Below, in pieces: positions 35,799 to 43,653 of a stretch of 62,217 bases of DNA. The notes below the pieces were generated by a model, which saw only the letters and a program-made list of their open reading frames with translations, made no database searches and was not told the origin of the DNA. Position 1 is the stretch's first letter. Each line of letters opens with the position of its first letter. This DNA comes from Candidatus Uhrbacteria bacterium (GTDB taxonomy: Bacteria > Patescibacteriota > Patescibacteriia > UBA9934 > GWF2-40-263), in contig JAZDEQ010000032.1 of the NCBI GenBank assembly GCA_043808565.1, positions 1-62,217 on the forward strand. Reading direction: 5' to 3'. The position numbers and the translations under genes were made by a program.

Positions 35799-36269
35799 TT
35801 ATTTTTGATAAGTGGTAAAAGTAAAGCCCTCATGTTTTTCTTCGTTGGTTTTTATCCAAATGGTCGGATCAATCGTCGGAAAAGTTGCGTCGCCGTCAAC
35901 ATCGCCGCTAACGTGAGTGATTTCCAGGCGATCGGCTAGGTCAATAGTTTGTCGATACATTTCCGCACCGCCAATAACGAAAATTTGTTCGTTGTCGTGA
36001 TTTTTTAAAGCGGTTTCAAGGTCTTGATAAACAAAAGTTCCGACTGGGGCTGGGTAATCAGTTTGTCGGGTAATGACAATATTTTTTCGGTCAGGCAGGG
36101 GTTTACCAAGCCGAGCCACAATTGATTCAAAAGTTTTTCGGCCCATAAGGACAGTATGACCAGTTGTCAGTTGTTTGAAATGTTTTAAATCCTCCGGCAG
36201 ATACCAGGGCAGTTCGTTGTTTTTGCCAATAACGCCATTGGCGGCAACCGCGGCGATGAGAGTTAGCAT
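35799..36269 (-). CDS. folA: Dihydrofolate reductase
   Basis: LIAAVAANGVIGKNNELPW.LPEDLKHFK..T.G..VLMGRKTFESI and GGAEMY. The start was set at MLTLIAAV (36269). Confidence 0.92.
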   Translation of the reverse strand: MLTLIAAVAANGVIGKNNELPWYLPEDLKHFKQLTTGHTVLMGRKTFESIVARLGKPLPDRKNIVITRQTDYPAPVGTFVYQDLETALKNHDNEQIFVIGGAEMYRQTIDLADRLEITHVSGDVDGDATFPTIDPTIWIKTNEEKHEGFTFTTYQK

Positions 36270-36273
36270 AATT

Positions 36274-36855
36274 TTAATGAGTCGATAACCACTTAAAAAA
36301 TTCTCGAATTTTATCTTGATATTCTTCGACGGTACCAATGTTGAGAATGGTATAATCGGCCATGGCGATTGGGCCGCCTTTGGCTAGGTTTTCGATTTCG
36401 GCCACATCGCGAGCCGCCGCGGCTTCATGAGAAAAATTATGATTTCGTAGAGCAGTATCTTTACTGTCAGGAAAACGTTTTTCTAATCTTTGATAACGAA
36501 TTTCTGGCGGGGCATAGACGGCCACAATAATTAAATTCTGGCCATATTTTTCCTTGAGAATTTTATATTCTTCCCAGCTATACAAACCATCGCCAACCAC
36601 GTGACCGGTTTTTAAAAGATCATCAAATTTTGGAATATTCAAAATGGCCATGACGCCCATGCCATATTGTTTACGAAAATTTTCTCGAATTTCTCGCTGC
36701 AAGGCTTCGGTTGGCGGCTCGCCACGACGTTTTGTTTCATCAAGAACCACTTGTCCGAACCGGACAAAACCATAACCTTCCTTAACCAACATGTCAGAGA
36801 GTAGACTTTTACCACTCCCACACATGCCGACCACGGCGACAAGCTTATTAGGCAT
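36274..36855 (-). CDS. P-loop nucleotide kinase of the UPF0200 / dephospho-CoA-kinase-like type
   Basis: Walker A GMCGSGKS and an overall pattern (...FG.VV.DE...RG..PTE...R.....R...G......DG..S.EE......) like archaeal UPF0200 kinases. The start is probably MPNKL (36855). Confidence 0.6.
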   Translation of the reverse strand: MPNKLVAVVGMCGSGKSLLSDMLVKEGYGFVRFGQVVLDETKRRGEPPTEALQREIRENFRKQYGMGVMAILNIPKFDDLLKTGHVVGDGLYSWEEYKILKEKYGQNLIIVAVYAPPEIRYQRLEKRFPDSKDTALRNHNFSHEAAAARDVAEIENLAKGGPIAMADYTILNIGTVEEYQDKIREFFKWLSTH

Positions 36856-36856
36856 A

Positions 36857-37852
36857 TTAAAAACCACCGATATTGGCGATTTCGGCTTTAATAGCTGGAT
36901 GCGGTTCGTAGCCTTCTAAAGTAAAATCTTCGTATTTAAAATCGTCAATATTTTTAATTTCTGGATTGAGTTTCATAGTGGGGAACGGTTTGGGTTCCCG
37001 TGAAAGCTGAAGTTTGGCTTGGTCAAAGTGATTGGAATAAAGATGAACATCGCCAAACGTATGAACAAATTCTCCAGGTTTAAGACCAGTGACCTGGGCC
37101 ACCATCAATAAGAGAAGGGCATAGCTCGTGATATTAAAAGGTACGCCTAAAAACGAATCAGCACTTCTTTGATAAAGGCCAAGATTTAAAACGCCATCAC
37201 CAGTTACTTGAAATTGAAAAGTGGTGTGGCAGAAAGGCGGTACTTCGTTGGCATTGCCGGGCGAAGCCATGGCATAAATAAAGTCCGGGTTCCAGGCTGA
37301 AACAACATAAGATTTGCGGAATGGTTTATCTTTAAGACCCTGAATACACCAACCTAATTGATCGATTTCTCGACCATCAGCAGCTGGCCAGCGGCGCCAC
37401 ATGCGGCCATAAACACAAATCAAATCACCCCAATTTTTAACAAATTTACTTTCAGCCGACTCGGCTTTAATTTTGGCGATAAAATCTTCCTGAGTCATGT
37501 CTTCGGCTGGCGCGTCTTTTACACAATGTTTGTGATATCTTTTCCAAGCCCATTCATCCCAAATGTGGACGTCGTTGTCGACCAAATATTTAATATTTGT
37601 ATCACCGCGTAAAAACCAAAGCAGCTCCACAATTATGCCTCGATAAAAAACTTTTTTTGTCGTTAAGATCGGGAAACCTTGTCGTAAATCAAAGCGAATC
37701 TGTCGACCAAAAAGAGAGCGGATGCAGGGTGGTTCCTCACCTTTATCAGCGTATTGTTGCAAGACTTCAGGGGTAAAAAATAATTTTTTGTCTGAGCCAT
37801 TATCGATGATGTCTTGAAGTAGGCCCAGATATTGTTGTTCGGGATGGGACAT
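36857..37852 (-). CDS. thyA: Thymidylate synthase ThyA (long form with a Lactobacillus-casei-like insert)
   Basis: [45 protein letters not shown], the nucleophile motif [10 protein letters not shown], and [22 protein letters not shown]...GDVHLYSNH. The start was set at MSHPEQQ (37852). Confidence 0.93.
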   Translation of the reverse strand: MSHPEQQYLGLLQDIIDNGSDKKLFFTPEVLQQYADKGEEPPCIRSLFGRQIRFDLRQGFPILTTKKVFYRGIIVELLWFLRGDTNIKYLVDNDVHIWDEWAWKRYHKHCVKDAPAEDMTQEDFIAKIKAESAESKFVKNWGDLICVYGRMWRRWPAADGREIDQLGWCIQGLKDKPFRKSYVVSAWNPDFIYAMASPGNANEVPPFCHTTFQFQVTGDGVLNLGLYQRSADSFLGVPFNITSYALLLLMVAQVTGLKPGEFVHTFGDVHLYSNHFDQAKLQLSREPKPFPTMKLNPEIKNIDDFKYEDFTLEGYEPHPAIKAEIANIGGF

Positions 37853-37871
37853 ATATTTGCGGGTTATTTTT

Positions 37872-38414
37872 TTAAACTTGAACCTCTTTTTTATTATCTG
37901 AGGAAACTCGGCCGCCTTGCCATTGACCGCGATACTGATTGCCTTCGCCCAGTACTTCCCAAAAAACAATATGAACAATTCGTGAGCCCATTTCCACTTC
38001 AAATTCGCAAGGCCCGGCATTAAATAGTAAGAAGGATAATTCACCCTTGTAACCAGGAGCAATATTGCCGCCCTGCATCATAATTCCCGAACGATAAAAA
38101 GTACTTCGTAAAGTCATGATCGAAGTTAGATTCATTGGAAAATTAACCTTTTCGACAATTGTAGCCAAAAAACATTCGCCCGGTTTAATAATTACTGACG
38201 ATTTTTTGGTTTCATTAAATTGAGCGATAAGTTCGGCTTCTGGTGTTGATCTTTCTTCTAATCCCATAAAACCGCGACCAGAAATTTTGTGGAGTTTTCC
38301 TAATCGCAAATCAAACCCCGCACCTTCGGGATTATTAAGTTCGCGATCGCAAAGATTTTCGACCAGATTGATTTCTTTTACGAGTTCGTGAAGTTTTTGA
38401 ATGCCTAAAATCAT
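37872..38414 (-). CDS. dUTPase / dCTP-deaminase superfamily protein (dUTPase-like motif GYKGE; no deaminase Glu)
   Basis: [17 protein letters not shown] and [19 protein letters not shown]. The position that aligns with the catalytic Glu of E. coli Dcd (LEFYN) is Leu here. Confidence 0.7.
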   Translation of the reverse strand: MILGIQKLHELVKEINLVENLCDRELNNPEGAGFDLRLGKLHKISGRGFMGLEERSTPEAELIAQFNETKKSSVIIKPGECFLATIVEKVNFPMNLTSIMTLRSTFYRSGIMMQGGNIAPGYKGELSFLLFNAGPCEFEVEMGSRIVHIVFWEVLGEGNQYRGQWQGGRVSSDNKKEVQV

Positions 38415-38448
38415 ATTTTTATATTTTTAATTCATCTCACCACCCTCC

Positions 38449-38587
38449 CGTCATTGCGAGGAGCTCCGAGTTTTCTAGCGACGCGGCAATCTAAGAATAT
38501 CTAGACAAGAGTTATTAGATTGCTTCCACCTTCGCTGGGCTATGGTGGACAAGTCGTCGCTCAGCGGCTTCGTTTCTCGCAATGACG
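38449..38587. repeat. Long imperfect IVS-like hairpin element (cgtcattgcgag ... ctcgcaatgacg)
   Basis: Outer arms at 38449-60 and 38576-87 are perfect complements. Inner arms gcaatctaa (38486-94) and ttagattgc (38515-23) also pair. An extra hairpin ccacc...ggtgg lies at 38526-48. The element overlaps the 3' end of the Nudix ORF. Confidence 0.8.
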
Positions 38588-38983
38588 AAATTTAAAACCA
38601 TTTAAAATAGCTTGACGCATTTCGGGAGAGATTTTTAATTTGTTAATGTCTTTCGGACTTATCCAGAGATAACTTTCGTGTTCAGAACTTAATTTTAAAC
38701 CTTTTATTGTTTTGAGCCGACAAATAAATTGTAGATCAAAAGTTTGAGTTTTTTGATCAGCCGATAAATAATTAAAGACATTGTATAGAACCAAAACTTT
38801 TACAGTTAAATTGGTTTCTTCTTTAATTTCTCTAACCAGGGCTTGCTCGGCTGTTTCGCCAAATTTTATTTTGCCACCAGGCATTTCAAAAAAATTTGGG
38901 AGGAGCTTTTCATTTGCTGAACGTTTTAACAGCAATATTTTATTCTGATACTTTATAAAGCCAGTGGCGCCCAACTTGAACAT
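38561..38983 (-). CDS. Nudix hydrolase
   Basis: Nudix box GGKIKFGETAEQALVREIKEETNL. The start was set at MFKLG (38983). Confidence 0.88.
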   Translation of the reverse strand: MFKLGATGFIKYQNKILLLKRSANEKLLPNFFEMPGGKIKFGETAEQALVREIKEETNLTVKVLVLYNVFNYLSADQKTQTFDLQFICRLKTIKGLKLSSEHESYLWISPKDINKLKISPEMRQAILNGFKFRHCEKRSR

Positions 38984-38985
38984 GT

Positions 38986-39579
38986 TTATTGTCCACAACC
39001 ACCGCAACTACCAGTGCAAGAAGCACACGCCGACTCGCCGGTGTTAGTTATTCCTTCGGCCGGACAAGTATAAATTTTACCTTCGTATTTTCGAATAACA
39101 ATATTTCTCATTTTAGCTAATTCCCAAGCTTCATCTTCTTCTTCGAATTTTTCGCCACCGGTTTGCATGCGTTTATAGACTTTATAATAAACAATCTCGG
39201 TTATTCCGGCATTATTAAAAGCTTTCATACAATCATAGCAAGGAAAGAGGGCGGTGTAGACCGTGGCTCCGCGAAGACGGGTGGCGTCTTGGGCATTAAT
39301 AATGGCATTAATTTCAGCATGGGCACCACGGCAACGACGAAGTTTTTTAGTAACCGGATCACCATCGACTTTGGCACAGCCAACATCGGCATCAATGCAA
39401 TGCAAATCGCCTTCGGTTGGACCGTTGTAGCCCATGGAAACGATGCGTTTATTATTATCAACAATAATTGCTCCAGCCATATGATAACGGCAGGCCGTAC
39501 GTTCTGAGGCAATTAAGGCCATGTTCATGAAAAGTTCATCCCAAGAAAGGCGAGAAGTTCGAGGTTTTTTAATATCCAT
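38986..39579 (-). CDS. dCMP (deoxycytidylate) deaminase with a Cys-rich C-terminal tail
   Basis: HAEINAI and PCYDCMKAF zinc motifs. The tail reads ...TCPAEGITNTGESACASCTGSCGGCGQ. Confidence 0.88.
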   Translation of the reverse strand: MDIKKPRTSRLSWDELFMNMALIASERTACRYHMAGAIIVDNNKRIVSMGYNGPTEGDLHCIDADVGCAKVDGDPVTKKLRRCRGAHAEINAIINAQDATRLRGATVYTALFPCYDCMKAFNNAGITEIVYYKVYKRMQTGGEKFEEEDEAWELAKMRNIVIRKYEGKIYTCPAEGITNTGESACASCTGSCGGCGQ

Positions 39580-39711
39580 AAAGATAAAAAAGGCGTTTTT
39601 TAGTTTGAATTCTTTGTAATAGCGTACCTGTCTTTGACCGGAAACGGAAGTGGATAATGGGTGTCGTTGTAGGGGGGGCGGTTGATAGTCGTCTCTTGGG
39701 GGGATTAATAG

Positions 39712-40626
39712 TTAATTTAACGAATACAAAATCGCAATTTGGACAGCAAAAATTACCAAAGCTTCAATAAGAAAAAACCAACGATTTTGGAACGATGATT
39801 TTTGATTGGCCAAAGATAAAAAGCCGCGGATCGGCAGGTAAAAACAAGTCATGGTCATGCCGACGGTGTAAGCGACGTGGCTTGGTTCAGCAAAAACCGG
39901 ATCGGCTTGTTTGGCAATAATTAATTCGATTTCAAAAAGAACCGAAAGAAAAAAACTAAAAAATAATGGTGATAATTTTCCGATGGCAGTTTCCAATTTT
40001 TTTTGACCTTCTTTTTTAAGTTTTTGAATACTAGAAATCTGACTAAAAAAGTATAAGTAATACATTATAGTGATAACTGGAAAAATTATCGCGGCCAAAG
40101 CAAAAATCAAACTGGTAATAATTGGCTGCTGGCCAATTTTTATTTTCATTTTTTGGCGGTAAATTTTAAAACGTTCTTCAGTTTTTTCAATATCAAAACG
40201 AGATTCATCGCCAATTTCTTCTTGTCCACAAGCAAAGCCCCAAAGGGTAACCGAAGCAGCTATTGACGTTAAAATAACGATGGTAAAAACCGTGCCAGTC
40301 CAAGCCGGAGCGATGGCGTCATCAATACCGGTAACTGTCAGAACAAGAGTGTAAATCAAATTAAAAAATCCTAAACCCAAACCAACTATGACCAAAAGAA
40401 TTTTTTTCCAATCTTTATTGGTCCATAATTTAGAAGGCGAGGAATCGGTTCTATTAAAAATAGAAAAGAAGGCTAAGAAAAAAGTAATAAAAATTAGACC
40501 AAGAAGTAAAAGTCCTAAATACGGCTGGATAGCTTCTGGTAAAAAACCATTGCCGTTTTTTACCGAATTATAAAAACCGATTAAGATTAAAAAATCAGCA
40601 ATTAAGGTTATAAAAAAAGTCGTCAT
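39712..40626 (-). CDS. Polytopic membrane protein, function unknown
   Basis: Several hydrophobic segments. I recognise no family motif. Confidence 0.6.
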   Translation of the reverse strand: MTTFFITLIADFLILIGFYNSVKNGNGFLPEAIQPYLGLLLLGLIFITFFLAFFSIFNRTDSSPSKLWTNKDWKKILLVIVGLGLGFFNLIYTLVLTVTGIDDAIAPAWTGTVFTIVILTSIAASVTLWGFACGQEEIGDESRFDIEKTEERFKIYRQKMKIKIGQQPIITSLIFALAAIIFPVITIMYYLYFFSQISSIQKLKKEGQKKLETAIGKLSPLFFSFFLSVLFEIELIIAKQADPVFAEPSHVAYTVGMTMTCFYLPIRGFLSLANQKSSFQNRWFFLIEALVIFAVQIAILYSLN

Positions 40627-40661
40627 AAGTTATCTATATCATACAAGAAAGACGTCAAAAC

Positions 40662-40694
40662 AAAAAATCGCCCCAAGCTTTTGGCGGGAGCGAT
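40662..40694 (-). terminator. Rho-independent terminator after rplA
   Basis: On the minus strand: atcgctcc/ggggcgat stem followed by a U-run. Confidence 0.7.
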
Positions 40695-40707
40695 TTTTAA
40701 TTTTGTT

Positions 40708-41391
40708 TTAGGTGGGAATTTCAATGTGTAGCCCCGGACTCATGGTGGCACAAATGACGGCGTTTTCAATGTAGATACCTTTGGCCGCGGCGGGTTTAAC
40801 TTTTTTAATAGCCTCGATTAAAGCTAAAAGATTGGCTTTTAATTTGGCTTCATCAAAAGATAAACGACCGAAAATTTGATGAACATTGCCAGTATCATCG
40901 TTTTTAAAACTAACTTTACCAGCTTTTTGTTCCTGAATCATTTTAGTGATGTTGGAACCAACTGTATCGGTTTTTGGGTTAGGCATTAAACCGCGAGGTC
41001 CGAGGATTTTGGCTAGTTTGGCTAGTTTGGGCATCATGCCAGGGGTGGCAATGGCGACGTCAAATTCGATAACACTGGTTTTTAGGATTTTTTCCATGAC
41101 TTCTTCGTTGCCAATAATGTCGGCTCCAGCTGTTTTGGCCTCAGCTTCTTTTTCGGCTTCGATAAAAGCAATAACTTTTTTTGTTTTACCAGTTCCGTGG
41201 GGCAGAACAATTGTGCCACGAACTTGCTGATCGCCTTTGGTTGGATCAATACCCAGTTTGGCATGAAGTTCTACCGCGGCATCAAATTTGGTGGCTGGTA
41301 GGCTTTTAAGAATTTTTACGGCTTCATCGATGGAGTATTTCTTTTTGGCATCAACGAGTTTTTGGGCCGCTTGATAACGTTTGCTAGGCAT
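40708..41391 (-). CDS. rplA: 50S ribosomal protein L1
   Basis: Typical L1 sequence (DAAVELHAKLGIDP..GDQQVRGT..LPHGTGK...GPRGLMPNPK.). Confidence 0.95.
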   Translation of the reverse strand: MPSKRYQAAQKLVDAKKKYSIDEAVKILKSLPATKFDAAVELHAKLGIDPTKGDQQVRGTIVLPHGTGKTKKVIAFIEAEKEAEAKTAGADIIGNEEVMEKILKTSVIEFDVAIATPGMMPKLAKLAKILGPRGLMPNPKTDTVGSNITKMIQEQKAGKVSFKNDDTGNVHQIFGRLSFDEAKLKANLLALIEAIKKVKPAAAKGIYIENAVICATMSPGLHIEIPT

Positions 41392-41412
41392 ATATTTGTT
41401 GTGGTGGTAACG

Positions 41413-41436
41413 CCCCGCCCTTCGCGAAGGGCGGGG
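41413..41436. repeat. Perfect GC-rich palindrome (ccccgccctt cgcg aagggcgggg) just upstream of rplA
   Basis: Read directly: 10-bp arms with a 4-nt centre. Confidence 0.9.
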
Positions 41437-41448
41437 CTCCCACGGAGT

Positions 41449-41539
41449 GGACGAAATTACGAATATTGGCGAATATACGAATTTGTTTTTTTAAATAATT
41501 ACAACATTCGTATATTCGTACAAATTCGTAATTTCGTCC
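41449..41539. repeat. ACGAAT word-repeat hairpin (34-nt arms) in the rplK-rplA spacer
   Basis: ggacgaaattacgaatattggcgaatatacgaat (41449-82) against attcgtatattcgtacaaattcgtaatttcgtcc (41506-39). The outer 16 nt and the inner 14 nt are perfectly complementary. Confidence 0.85.
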
Positions 41540-41554
41540 CCTCTTAATTAATAA

Positions 41555-41977
41555 TTACTCGGTTTCCACACCCATTTGTTTGGCTGTGCCAGCAATAATA
41601 CGCATAGCCATGGCTACATCAGTGGTGTTTAGATCAGGCATTTTCTTTTCGGCAATTTCTTTGAGTTGAGCTTTGGTTAGCTTGCCAACCTTTTCTTGCA
41701 ATGGCTTGCCAGAACCGCTTTTAAGACCTAGAGCTTTTTTAATCAACTCTGAAGTTGGGGCAATTTTCATGATGAAGTCAAAGGTTCGATCTTCATAAAC
41801 ATTGATAATCACCGGAACAACTTCACCGCGACGATCTTGGGTAGCGGCATTGAATTTAACTACGAAATCCTGAATATTTAGACCGCGTTGACCGAGAGCT
41901 GGACCAACTGGTGGGGCTGGGGTAGCGGCACCACCCATAATCTGAAGTTTAATTTGGGTAACGAGTTTTTTGGCCAT
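41555..41977 (-). CDS. rplK: 50S ribosomal protein L11
   Basis: [36 protein letters not shown]... The start was set at MAKK (41977). Confidence 0.95.
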   Translation of the reverse strand: MAKKLVTQIKLQIMGGAATPAPPVGPALGQRGLNIQDFVVKFNAATQDRRGEVVPVIINVYEDRTFDFIMKIAPTSELIKKALGLKSGSGKPLQEKVGKLTKAQLKEIAEKKMPDLNTTDVAMAMRIIAGTAKQMGVETE

Positions 41978-42047
41978 AGTGTTTTTGCTAGATGGATTCC
42001 TTTTAAGGGGCAACCATACTATGAATTAATTTTTTGTTAAAGTGATT

Positions 42048-42146
42048 GAGTGATGGAGTCTTGGAGTCGTGGAGTGAAGGAAGCTCTTATTTTAAGAAAT
42101 ATTCTTCCATAACTCCACAACTCCATGACTTTACACACTCCACGAC
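42048..42146. repeat. GGAGTC-word imperfect inverted repeat in the nusG-rplK spacer
   Basis: Left arm gagtgatggagtcttggagtcgtggagtgaagg. Right arm ccataactccacaactccatgactttacacactccacgac. cactccacgact is an exact complement of agtcgtggagtg. Confidence 0.7.
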
Positions 42147-42148
42147 TT

Positions 42149-42694
42149 TTAGATTTTTTTAACTTGTAAAAAGTCCAACTCAACCGGGGTTTCGCGGCCG
42201 AACATGTTGACCAGAATTTTGACCTTGCCACGAGCTTCGTCGAATTCAGAAACCTTACCTTCGAAATTTTTAAATGGGCCATCGGTAATTTGCACCAAAG
42301 CTCCAACTTCAATTTCCATTTTAAATTCCGGTTCTTCAACTCGGACGCGTTTCATTAAAGCTTCAATTTCTTCTTCGGCAATTGGGGTTGGGGTAGTGCC
42401 AGTGCCGATAAAGCCAGTGACGTTTGGGGTGTTGCGAACCACATACCAAGAATCATCGGTTACTACCATTTCAACCAAGACATAGCCCGGGAAGATTTTT
42501 TCTTCAATGGTTTTTCGTTTGCCGTTTTTGATTTTAATTTTTTTTTCTTTAGGCACCAGAATATCAAAAATTTTATCAGACACATCCATGGTTTCGATAC
42601 GCTGTTTTAAGCTATCGGCCACGGCTTCTTCATAACCAGAATAAGTGTGAATGGCGTACCAGCGACGCCCGTGTTTGGCTACTTGTTTTGGCAT
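42149..42694 (-). CDS. nusG: Transcription termination/antitermination factor NusG
   Basis: The NGN domain (WYAIHTYSGYE) and the KOW motif (GALVQITDGPFKNFEGKV). Confidence 0.93.
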   Translation of the reverse strand: MPKQVAKHGRRWYAIHTYSGYEEAVADSLKQRIETMDVSDKIFDILVPKEKKIKIKNGKRKTIEEKIFPGYVLVEMVVTDDSWYVVRNTPNVTGFIGTGTTPTPIAEEEIEALMKRVRVEEPEFKMEIEVGALVQITDGPFKNFEGKVSEFDEARGKVKILVNMFGRETPVELDFLQVKKI

Positions 42695-42703
42695 AAATTC
42701 CTC

Positions 42704-42913
42704 CTATTTTCCTAGCTCGACCAACTTGTCGAGACCAAGAGTTAGCGCCCAGTCAAGAATTGTAAAGAAAACTGCTATTAAGACTGTGACGCTGACAACA
42801 ATCGCTGAATAGCGAAGGGTGTCTTTTTTTGATGGCCAAGTTACTTTGCCCAGTTCCTCTTTGGCTTCCTTAATATAACCAATGGGATCTAGGCGTTTTT
42901 TGGTGTTTTCCAT
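42704..42913 (-). CDS. secE: Preprotein translocase subunit SecE
   Basis: It is 69 aa long with ...EL.KV.WPSKK.....S..V and a single C-terminal TM segment. Its position upstream of nusG is the conserved one. Confidence 0.85.
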   Translation of the reverse strand: MENTKKRLDPIGYIKEAKEELGKVTWPSKKDTLRYSAIVVSVTVLIAVFFTILDWALTLGLDKLVELGK

Positions 42914-43001
42914 AATTTTTTGAAGTTTTTAAAACCCCCGCCAGGGGATCTGCGGTTAGTATAGCAGATATTAAAAAATCAGCAAGAGGTAAAAGTGAAT
43001 T

Positions 43002-43034
43002 AAAAAACCACGCCTGCGGCTAGCCGAGGAGTGG
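43002..43034 (-). terminator. Terminator after the major pilin gene
   Basis: Hairpin ccac...gtgg with inner GC pairs, flanked by an A-run and a T-run. Confidence 0.55.
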
Positions 43035-43050
43035 TTTTTGACTAGTAAAA

Positions 43051-43530
43051 TTATCGAGTAACAGTAATGGCCGAACCGCCTTCTGGATCGCAGGCACCAA
43101 CTTCAACCGTGCCAGTGGAATTGCGGGAAACGTAATAGTCGGTTTTGGCGGCTGTGCCACCGGAAGGATCCATAGGAACACTACCAAGATAACCGCCAGT
43201 AACTAGAGCCGCGAGATCAGCACAGGCAGCTTGGGTGGTTTGGGCTGTGCAACCAGTGTTACAACCAGTAGCATCAGTACCAATGGTATAAAAACTACCA
43301 GCAGTTAGAGCGGCAACCGTGGCTGGGTAATCGCCATCGTTATCGACTTGGTAGGTTTTGAGAGCAGCGGCAACGTTTTCGACATCAGTATGACGACGGG
43401 CATCGCGAGCATCAATAAAACGTTGACCAGGATTTAAGGCCACAAAAACCACCGCGGCTAGCACGGCGATAATGGCAATAACGATGAGGAGCTCAATAAG
43501 AGTAAAGCCTCTTTCGTAATTTTTGCGCAT
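43051..43530 (-). CDS. Type IV pilin (prepilin with N-terminal cleavage/methylation motif); candidate major pilin
   Basis: MRKNYERG/FTLIELLIVIAIIAVLAAVV, with paired Cys residues in the C-terminal part. It stands alone with its own terminator. Confidence 0.85.
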   Translation of the reverse strand: MRKNYERGFTLIELLIVIAIIAVLAAVVFVALNPGQRFIDARDARRHTDVENVAAALKTYQVDNDGDYPATVAALTAGSFYTIGTDATGCNTGCTAQTTQAACADLAALVTGGYLGSVPMDPSGGTAAKTDYYVSRNSTGTVEVGACDPEGGSAITVTR

Positions 43531-43608
43531 AAGAAAAAGAGTTATTTTTTTAAAAATCATTTTTATTTTAGCACAAAGACCAAAAAAATGTTGTTTTTGT
43601 TTTATTTT

Positions 43609-43637
43609 TTGTGGATAACTTTATTTTAGAGTATAAT
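43609..43637 (+). promoter_or_regulatory. Sigma-70-type promoter (TTGTGG, 17-nt spacer, TATAAT) for pilus module 1
   Basis: TTGTGG at 43609-14, a 17-nt spacer, and TATAAT at 43632-37, which lies 17 nt before ATG 43654. Confidence 0.55.
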
Positions 43638-43653
43638 ATTGTCATAAAAATTT

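Noticed and set aside
36857-38062. The ORF track gives a 401-aa thyA ORF overlapping the dUTPase-like gene. I also considered that ThyA might be a phage-type pyrimidine hydroxymethylase.
   Set aside because: The first 70 codons have no ThyA similarity and overlap the upstream gene, so the start was moved to 37852. The dUMP-specifying Asn (PFNITSY), the catalytic Cys and the adjacent DHFR argue for an ordinary thymidylate synthase. This cannot be proven without biochemistry.
39580-39711. The unusual spacer upstream of the dCMP deaminase operon has C6/C7 runs on the sense strand (G-runs on the plus strand) and a GAAA-loop mini-hairpin. I considered a riboswitch or a G-quadruplex.
   Set aside because: I could not match it to any riboswitch class I know (purine/2'-dG, ZTP, THF, PRPP). 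There is no complementary G-run on the sense strand to form stems. The G-tracts lie on the non-transcribed strand only, so the evidence is too weak.
42037-42339. A 100-aa minus-strand ORF overlaps the 3' end of nusG and the nusG-rplK spacer.
   Set aside because: It overlaps nusG out of frame and runs through the word-repeat hairpin. Its translation has no recognisable features, so it is most likely spurious.
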